Of a DNA stretch of 59,381 nucleotides, positions 50,851-59,381 are shown piece by piece. Source of the stretch: Macrostomum lignano (Eukaryota); NCBI GenBank assembly GCA_002269645.1, contig NIVC01001466.1:1-59381 (forward strand), read 5' to 3'. How positions within the stretch are numbered: position 1 is the first letter of the stretch; each line of letters begins with the position of its first letter. The notes below the pieces were generated by a model. It had not been told where the DNA came from. It saw only the letters and a program-made list of their open reading frames with translations, and ran no database searches. The translations under genes were made by a program, and so were the position numbers.

Positions 50851-51662
50851 GAATTGGTTATCTCCCAAAAGGCTCAACCGATTTTCATTGTTTCTTCAAA
50901 ATACTAAAAATGATATACAAAAATGGCTCTTCACCACACTTTTATTATTGATTCCAATGAGTGACTAACAGACAAAACTAATGCTTACCTATTGCCAGGC
51001 AGCTTTCTTGGACACAGAACTAAAATGGAATTATATTGGATTGCCAGTTAGACTTAGTAAGCTATTACTTTTGGGATATACTTATATTCTACCAGTTTTA
51101 GTATAATCCTTAACTTGATGATTGTTAAAGAATTAAGCATTGGAGATGTGATTTATAATTCAATACAGCAGCCTGAGCAGTGATAGGCAATGACTAGTTA
51201 ATAAAAGTTATCTTGAAAAGATAATTTTTTTTAAAATAAAAAACATTAAACATTTAAACTTAAACTCAAGAAACTAACTTTCTTGATAACAAAAAAACTC
51301 CAAATTTTCAAAAAATAGCTCTTTTCTGGCTAACTTGTCCATTACTGCAAATATGGAAAGATAATAATAGAAAAGGGACAAAGGCTAGCATAGCAAGCCT
51401 TTGTTAGCAAAATAACAAGGTGTTTATTAATATGTTGTTGACCACAAAGTCATTACCAAAAACACTATAAAAATATTTTCCAAGGTACACTATCATAAAA
51501 ATATACATAAATAATGAATACAAAGTCTAAAGTAATTTAAGTAAACAACCTAGCCCTACATTATAAGCTACCATTATATTTAAAAACTTAAGGACCAGAC
51601 TAAAGACAAATACATATATATAACCATTTTAACAACATATTAAAAATATTTGCATAACTTAC

Positions 51663-51871
51663 CTTGGAAAACATAACATTATTGAGACAAGGCCTCACTA
51701 TAGGAATTGGTTTTGTTGTACCATAACAAAACAAACACATTTTACTGCCTTTGCCTTTCCAAGCCAAAGTAATCCTGGCTTGCTGGTCTGCGTAGCCTTT
51801 TAGCCCTTGGACTTTGGCTTGAATGATCACCAGTTTCCATATTCTTTCTAAATTAAATAGAAAATTTGCAC
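51663..51871 (-). pseudogene. Probable internal exon of the CMC/EnSpm-like transposase
   Basis: TTTCCAG| acceptor and AAG|GTAAGT donor enclose an open frame ANFLFNLERIWKLVIIQAKVQGLKGYADQ; family assignment is inference. Confidence 0.35.
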
Positions 51872-52666
51872 CTGGAAATTTAAGTTGAGACTTCAGATTA
51901 AAATATAATTATGATCAAAAAATTATTACTGAGTTTGAAGAATATTTTATAAAGATACTCATAATCATGACTACTATTATGCATATTTCATAAGCTTAAG
52001 GACTAAGGGTAATATGCTTATAAAGATGCATTTTCTATTTAAATCATGACCTCATGATTTAAAGATCTCTGGATAATCTTTATAATCCATGATCTTACTT
52101 AGCTAGCTTATGGATTAGACCAGTATACTATCTATACTATATACATAGTCTATATATAGCATTGTCTAAATAGTGTATTACTAATAATAACAGCAAACAA
52201 AATCAAACATAATATAATTATCAATGAACCATGTAGTTTAAAGTTAGAAACACCCAGTTTTCAGAGTATGGCCCAGTGGCAAATATAGAGCCGCAACCAA
52301 AAATTTTTTTTCATACTTTTTAGGGTATAGGACCAAGTGAGAGAGAGCTATTATCTTCCTGCATTGCTATTGCCATATTGGTTGTGATGGGTTATAGAGT
52401 TAGATAAGAGGAAATATCCTAAGATTGGTTACTAATAACTTGTAATAAGGCAAATAAGTGGCCCAAAATGGTTGCAAGTCAACCAAGGCAATTTTAACAA
52501 TACGCCTAGGCCTATCTTATAGTTCCTTTACAATTCAAATTGAATGAAAAAAATGAGGAGCCTGGCTTATTTACCCACTTGGCCCATTTACTAGTTTCTT
52601 TCTTGTAGCCTTGTCTTATTGGCTCTTTCTATCTTACCCTTTCTCAGCATCATCCAATAACATGGC

Positions 52667-53399
52667 CCATAGTCAGGAAGGTGGCAGAGTGTGCGCCGGA
52701 ACAAATTTTGGCCTCTCCCAAAATTGTGCGCCGTGCGCCGACACAAAAACCCTCGTGTGCGCCGTTGTGCGCCCGCCACTACCTGCCTTGCGACAATAAA
52801 AGACCTTTTTTTACAACATAGCAACAATTTTTGTGCGCCAATATTTTCAATAAACTTTACACGAGAGTCGAGTCACGAGACAAGAGAATATAATGGTTAA
52901 TACGGGACGGTTACGGGCTATCTATATTATGAGAAATTGAGATCGTTAAACCGAAAATAGAAATTTAAAAAATTTTTAATTTAATTTCTAATTTTTAAAA
53001 CAAAACAAACATAAAAAGTAAGCAAATGGCTAAAACAAAGGTAAAAAGGAAAAGGAAAATATTTTATTTTATTTTTTATTTTTTGGTAGAATGCAGTGTT
53101 ACATTAGATAAAACAGTGAATAGTGTACTGTAACAAGTAACGACTTACATCGTTACATGGGATCGCCACAAGGGTAACGCTGCATGTGGCGCGGCGCCCG
53201 CCGCGCCGCGCCGCCCGCCGCGCCGCGCCGCCATGCGCCGGTGTCCTCTGGTGTGCGCCGTTGTGCGCCGCTGTGCGCCAGTGCGCCGCTGTGCGCTGTT
53301 GTGGCGCACCGCTGTGCGCCGCTGTGCGCCGTTGTGTGCCCAAAAAGGGCTTGTGTGCGCCGGAATTTTCCGACCAAACTGCCACCTTCCTGACTATGG
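52667..53399. mobile_element. 733-bp MITE (hAT- or P-type) nested in the CMC element
   Basis: Perfect 21-bp TIRs CCATAGTCAGGAAGGTGGCAG, 8-bp TSD AACATGGC (52659-52666 and 53400-53407), GC-rich GTGCGCC subterminal repeats. Confidence 0.9.
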
Positions 53400-54947
53400 A
53401 ACATGGCAAGCCAAATTCCTCCCCCTAGCTCCCCCAAGTATGGCAGTCTTTGTGTGGCAGTCTTGGCAACCTCAGTGTCAATTCCATTAGCCAGTTAGAG
53501 CTGTGGCAGTCTTGGTGTATGGCAGTCTTGGTCATGAGCCCTTTTTTGGTCTACAACTATAATTATGCCAGGTCTATTAAGTAGGCCTATTTTCCAATAT
53601 TGGGTTGTAGTGTTTGGTATAGCTTGGCCCCTTTCTTAAAAGTTTTCTAGATCTGCACTTGGTATGGCCTTTTATAAAATAGAATAAACTAGAGTCTAAG
53701 TAAGGAAAGGGCCTATTTATTCATAGCTCAATAGGCCTAACAGACAATATCAGTTATAGGGTGTATAGTACCATTGTCTGATTATAGAATAGGGTAGGCC
53801 TACCCATGGCCATGACCCATGAGTCATAGGAAGGGGGAATAGGTTATGTATGGGTACCCTATGGCCTACCTGTCCCTTGGTTAGTAGAGAAGTTAATGAA
53901 TAATAGGTAAATAGCTAAATAACTGGATATTATATATAATTTATAAGTTGAAAGTCGAAAGACCTTATTTTTTCATTCAAACAATAACATTATACCTATG
54001 GACATGTTGTCTGATATAATTTGTCAGTTGTCATGGCTTTTTCATCATTTTGACATTGCCAAGGTTATTATTGCATTAGCCTAAGAATGATGGAATATAT
54101 GAGAGACAAGTTAGACCTAACCTCTAAACTTTAAAGGTATTCTACCTAATTCCTAATGATCCTTACCGATTTAAAGATTAAATCTAAAGCACATTTTGGT
54201 ATATATGCGAAAGATTCAATCAACTGATCCTATTTTTAGATGGACAACAAGTCAATAATTGCAGATAAGGAGAGGCACGTTTTTCATTACTTTGTTCATA
54301 CCTATTTTACTAGCTAAGGTATAACAAAACATTTTTCATTGCGATGAAGTCTTTAACCGTTATTCCCTTTTATTTATTGAAAAGAAAATCAAATGTATAA
54401 AAAGTGAGTAACTTGTTTCGGCAACATATATTTAAACATATGTATGTTTAATTTCAAACCTTGTAAAGTAAGATCTGACACGAAGCAGCATATTTTGTTC
54501 CATATCTTGCATGAAAAAGCAGATATGACTGACGCAATTAATGACACTTTAAGCTTAACTGAAGCGTGTTTTTATGTTTGTTACTGTCATATTATTTCTT
54601 TCTATACATTCCTGATACTCCACACTCATTTGGATAAGAAATTTATGCACTTATCGTGAGCAGATACTAGCCGCATCTGGTAAGATATTACAAGACATAG
54701 CAGATGCTAAGATCTGTTAAGAAATGAAAGTTAAAAACAGATCTGCTACGCGGGTGTGAACAGATTGTCATCTAGGGAGGCTTTAGCTGCAAGACTTTAA
54801 CCAATCAGCTTGCTTCAACTCACGTTTTTAACTAATTTTACGTACACATCTTTACTCAACACTGCTCAGTGCACCCCCCAAAAGTCGCATATATATATTG
54901 AAATTATGTTAAAATAACTTCACAGCCAATATATTTGTTTTTAAACC

Positions 54948-55008
54948 CGAATAAATAAACCCTGACGAAGGCCCAGTCCAGGCCGAAATATCGGTTTCTG
55001 AATATTCG
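54948..55008 (+). ncRNA. Type I hammerhead ribozyme (minimal), copy 3
   Basis: AAACC-CUGACGA-A-GGCC(CAGUCCA)GGCC-GAAAUAUC^GGUUU with the CGAAU/AUUCG extension; predicted cut after C54992. Confidence 0.85.
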
Positions 55009-55817
55009 ACAACTAACGTTCTTCAATATTTCCGTGTGTGTGGTTTGCAGTTTGAAGCTGCCTTTTGCATATCTATCTATCTATCTATCTGTCCATCTAT
55101 CTATCTATCTATCTATCTATCTATGTAACTAGTCATATCTTCTAAACAAATATTTAATCTTTCTGCACGAATCCACATTCAGTTTTCACTTCAGTGACTG
55201 TATTCATTGGCTGAGTTCCCACAAAATATTTATTCTCTCTCTTCAACACTCGGTGGAACTTCTCAAATTTCTTTTACCTTCTTTCAGAGCTTTTTTTTCA
55301 AATATTGCTCACCGCCTTCAGCAATAGCTCCTCAGCAATGACTGGTTAGCTACTTCTTGACTGAAGTTGGAGCCCATACGCCGAGTGACTCACATAGAGT
55401 GCAAGGAAAAGCAGATCGATCCAATCCAATCAGACTCTCCGCCTCGCACGCTGAGCTGCCCCGGCTTCATCTGAAAGAGCTCAAGACAGTTCCTTCAATA
55501 GTCTCTGCCCCCTTCCCTGTCTGTCCATCCGAAATCTCAAATTTTCGCTCGAACTGTCTTCTAAAAATCCTCTATGTTTGCCTTCACCGAAAATTCTTTA
55601 TTTACTGTGCCAATCCTGACTGGGAAGCTATTGACTTTTAAAGCAGTCATTCTCCGCTGTTTTTTTCTCTATTGAGATCGAATTTCGGTAATTACCTTCT
55701 AGACTGGATAGATAATGTGTTCTATTTTCTGTCACGTTTAATCGGGTTAGGAAGAAAACATGATTACATGAACACTGGTTTGGAATTATTTCTAAGAAAG
55801 AAATTGTCAGAAAAAGG

Positions 55818-56130
55818 CGAGGAGGGTGGGGAGGAAGGAGAGAGGAGAGGGAGAGTGCAGGAGGAGAGGGAGAGGGCAGGAGGAGAGGGAGAGGCCAGGA
55901 GGAGAGGGAGAGTGCAGGAGGAGAGGGAGAGGGCAGGAGGAGAGGGAGCGGGCAGGAGGAGAGGGAGAGGCCAGGAGGAGAGGGAGAGTGCAGGAGGAGA
56001 GGGAGAGTGCAGGAGGAGAGGGAGAGGGCAGGAGGAGAGGGAGAGGGCAGGAGGAGAGGGAGCGGGCAGGAGGAGAGGGAGAGGGCAGGAGACGGAGCGG
56101 GCAGGAGGAGAGGGAGAGTGCAGGAGGAGA
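55818..56130. repeat. ~19-bp GA-rich minisatellite (AGGAGGAGAGGGAGAGGGC)
   Basis: Direct reading. Confidence 0.9.
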
Positions 56131-58294
56131 CAGATACTCATGTAGAAAGTGTGGGGAAGAGAAGTCCAAAACAGAGAGCCGAAGAGTGGGAGCTGCAAGA
56201 CAAGTCAGAGACAGGCAGGGGGGTCCGGCACAAGGAATGATGATTAGCTGCATCATCGATTCGCGGAACTCAAATCGAGGGCCAAAATTCGATGGGTGCT
56301 CAGTGCGAGTATAGAAAATCAATAATTTTTATTTAAAACACAACCCATACTTTACCAAGCACCGAAATGCCTTATAGAGTTTCCCAAAGGAGAAGAAAAT
56401 GATGAACAAGTTTCCAGGTCCCCTGTCGGAGTTGTAAGTCATTTTCAAAAGAAAAACAGAAAAAACACCCAGCAACTGAGCGGAGCTGAGAGTCCGGAGA
56501 CATGCGATCACAGTTTTCTTATCGAGCTGTGAGATCGCTTTTTCCCAGAAAAGAGGATCGAGCTGGAGTCTCGTCGAATGAGCGAGTGCGAGCGAGTGAG
56601 TTCCTTTGCTACAGCTTTGCACCCTCGGGGGAAATGTTTGGCCCAGCTGAATAAGTGGTAGAAGAGCGGCGCTTTTAGTCAATATAGCCGCTCTTCAAGC
56701 CCCGATAGCTACTCGTACATAAAACGAAGTGCACGCATTGGGGATTAGCTTCCTTTTATATACGAGCAAAATTTTAATCGATGACTAGTCAACTCTAGGC
56801 GTTGTTTGCAGCTCAAGAATTCGAAAATTGCTCTATAGTTTCTCGGATACGAATTGAGATCAAAAGTACATCTACACTCGCCGATTCTGTCAAGTTCGCC
56901 TCGAGGCCAATGTTTTTGCGCTGCAAAATGCATTAGCGAAATTGGAAGCGTTCAGTTTTTTTTACCAGGCCCTGAATTTAGAAAATCTCAACTTTTGGAA
57001 TTCCGAATGGCGGACAGAATGAGCATACGCATTGTCCGAAATGCACGGTTTTGAACGAGTATCGGTCGCTGAATGAGGTTCCGCCATAGACCAATTTCGG
57101 CTGGGAAGAATCTGTGCTAGAAACGAAAGAAGATGACATTTCGACGCAAATTTTAAGTGCACCCTGGAAACGAAAGAAATATTTTTTTCGCATGTAATTT
57201 TCCGCTTTGAAAGTGCGTTCCATTTTCCATAAGACTCGTCGTTGGTAGCCAAGCCTGTTCGCTAATCCGAGGCCAAGACACAATGGCTAAAGATTTTCCG
57301 TGATCAGTCAAATTGAACTGCCTGATATTCTTCACACAGACGCTTCTCGCTTGTCGAATTCCTGTTTGTAGAAAGAGAAGAAAAAAGTAAGGGGACTAAC
57401 CCGCATGTAGATCGAGAAGGAAGGTCAGAAGAGAGTGAAAGCAAACACCACAGCAACTGCTAGGTATTGATCGAACAAGGGGGGGGGAGAGAAAAAAGCA
57501 GAGAATGCTTTGCGCTTTCGAGTCAGCTTTACAGGCAGTCGTATGGCTGCCTGCCAAGCAAGTGCCCGCTCTTTTTTCTCAGCATTTTCCCCCAAGAAAA
57601 GTTCCGTCAGTCATTTTGCTCTTGGCTCAAGTGCGTCCATTTTTATCAACAAATCATTTAGTATTGGATTTTGAGAATGATTTTCTTGACTTGATCACTC
57701 CTTCTCATAGTTGTGCAAGCCTTGGACCATAGGCACGCAATAGCTGATTTCATTCGAAAAACATGGATATGACCGACGAATAAGAAGTCATAAAAGCTTT
57801 ACTACAGGTCAAGATTTACCGGATGATAAGCAACGGAAAAGTACGACCTAATTTTGGTTGCCATCGAGAGAGGTGACAGTGCTCATCAGATTGTGCGATG
57901 GCTGTGTGTAAAGAGAAAAGCTTTGAATTCTGTTGCCTGTTTGACTGTTTCGATTCGTTTTTTCATAACAATTTCATAAAGATGCTTATTAGGAAGGCCA
58001 AGCTTGCACTCAGAGTCAGCAGGTCATTCCATGGCTGTTCCAAAGCAACATTATATATAGGCGACTGGCTAATACTTTTTTATTCAACAAGAGCTTCAAT
58101 TTAAAAAACCGCAATTCATTGGATTTGTACATAAAAAATCCTTTCAGTTAACTGCTTGCTGTGTATATTTCTGAGGTCCGTCTTAGCAGGATCAGAGACT
58201 TTCGAACTGGTAAAATGGTTAAATATTGATGAGAGGTACAGGAGGAAGAAGAGCTACATGATGCAGTTAAAAAACCTAGGAGCACAGTTAGTAG

Positions 58295-59381
58295 TCACAC
58301 TTCGATAATACATTTCGACGTCGCACTGAATCGGTCACGTCTAGATCGAGCCGAAGCTGCTGCGGTTGTCGATGTTGGCGAAGCTAGCTGCTGCCGCTGC
58401 TGCACCAGCACGGAGCCCGTGCTGCTCCCGACGTCTCTCTCTCCGTCGTCGTCTTCGCCGGCGCTGTCACTTTCGTCGCCGCCGCGGCACAGCGCCGCGT
58501 ACACGATAGCAGCAATCAACAGGATAAACAAGGACGCGGCGACAGCAATGACGGCTGGAATCCGGCTAAACTGTGACTCGCAGCTGGCCAGCTGAAGGTC
58601 CAGCACTGGCCGGTTGTGCAGAGCGCTGGGTGAGGCGCAGCGCAGTTGACGCGAGGCAGCCCGACCACGGACACGTTTGGTTGCCAGGGCCCAACGCCAG
58701 AAATGACGCAGTCGGCCGCAGTCGCAGCGCAACGGATTGCCAACCAGGTCGATTCTGCGCAAGCCGAACAGCGAGCGCATGGCGTCAGCGCTGACGCTGA
58801 GATTCGCGCCGACCGGATCGACACGTCGCGCAGGTGGCTGCTGAACGGAAGGCGTCGCTGTCGATGTCTCTGATCGGATTGTAGTCAAGCGCCAGACGTC
58901 GTAGAGAACTCGGAAAGACAACGCCGGGCCCGCGGCGGCTGGCGGATGTTGCAGCGGCTGAGCTCAAGCTCTTCAAGCTCGTTGAACTCGGAACAGGCCC
59001 CAGTTGTTTGTTTTTTAGGTAGGCAAAGATTTCGTAGCGGTTGAGCTTGAAGACGCGCAGAGAGCTGGCTAGCCTGTCCAGGCTGGACTTGAACAGCGCA
59101 AGAGTTCGCGCCTCCATGGGGTTGTCGCTCAGGTCCAGCAGCTGCACATTTGTGCTGTGCAGGAATGCCTGCGTATCGATAGTACTGATGTTGTTCACGC
59201 CGACGTGTAGTTTGCTGAGGCCAGTGGAGCCGTAGTCAGCGAGTATCTGCAGCCGGTTGCCCGTCATGTCCAGCTCTTCAGCTCCTGGCCCAGGTCCATG
59301 GCTCAATCTGAGGAAATCATTCCAGCTGAGGTTGAGAAAAGCGCAGATGCGGACAGTCTCCGGTCAGGTTGTCCGGAATCT
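58295..59381 (-). CDS. 3' part of a leucine-rich-repeat single-pass transmembrane protein (several 1-nt frameshifts; pseudogene or assembly errors)
   Basis: LRR motifs (LDMTGNRL, LDLSDNPM, LALDYNPI, IDLVGNPL), LRRCT NPLRCDC...LRCASP...LASC, TM IPAVIAVAASLFILLIAAIVYAALC, tail ending IIEV-stop; runs off the window end. Confidence 0.85.

Larger units (their letters stand above)
48547..54777. mobile_element. CMC/EnSpm-like DNA transposon (6231 bp, decayed)
   Basis: 12-bp TIRs CCCTAGATGACA/TGTCATCTAGGG, 2-bp TSD AG (empty site GTGCAAGGCTTT seen in copy 1), subterminal AGATCT-type repeats at both ends. CCC termini with a 2-bp TSD fit the CMC superfamily. Confidence 0.8.
48453..55124 (+). mobile_element. 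Hammerhead-bearing element copy 3, split by a 6.2-kb insertion, with short TATC tail
   Basis: 48453-48546 matches the 5' part of copy 1; 54778-55069 continues it exactly; (TATC)n tail at 55070-55124. Confidence 0.8.

Noticed and set aside
55357-58104. Short ORFs (56329-56682 and others) as a gene or transposon
   Set aside because: No domain motif, convincing TIR pair or consistent splice pattern was found.

Overview
AT-rich animal genomic DNA with GC-rich exons and introns filled by mini/microsatellites. The style suggests an invertebrate such as a Macrostomum-like flatworm (inference only). Host genes: (1) a + strand four-EF-hand calmodulin-like gene with a long multi-exon N-terminal extension (core exons 13980-16381); (2) a convergent - strand RNF217-like gene that, within the window, has only a RING2-like zinc module lacking the catalytic Cys, preceded by acidic and WRRASK repeats (26331-19092); (3) a secreted PAN-PAN-fibrinogen-domain gene (- strand, 36623-34738); (4) the 3' part of a frameshifted LRR transmembrane gene (- strand, from 59381 to 58295). 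Mobile DNA: a decayed two-gene PIF/Harbinger element, a THAP/P-type element with perfect 116-bp TIRs and a 9-bp TSD, a 6.2-kb CMC/EnSpm-like element containing a 733-bp MITE, and two tRNA-derived SINE copies. The best candidate for a novel system is a ~400-nt non-coding element, present in three copies, that carries a minimal type I hammerhead ribozyme and is tied to (TATC)n tracts up to 2.9 kb long. All assignments were made by eye without database searches. Repeat boundaries are approximate, and some single-base frameshifts may be assembly errors.
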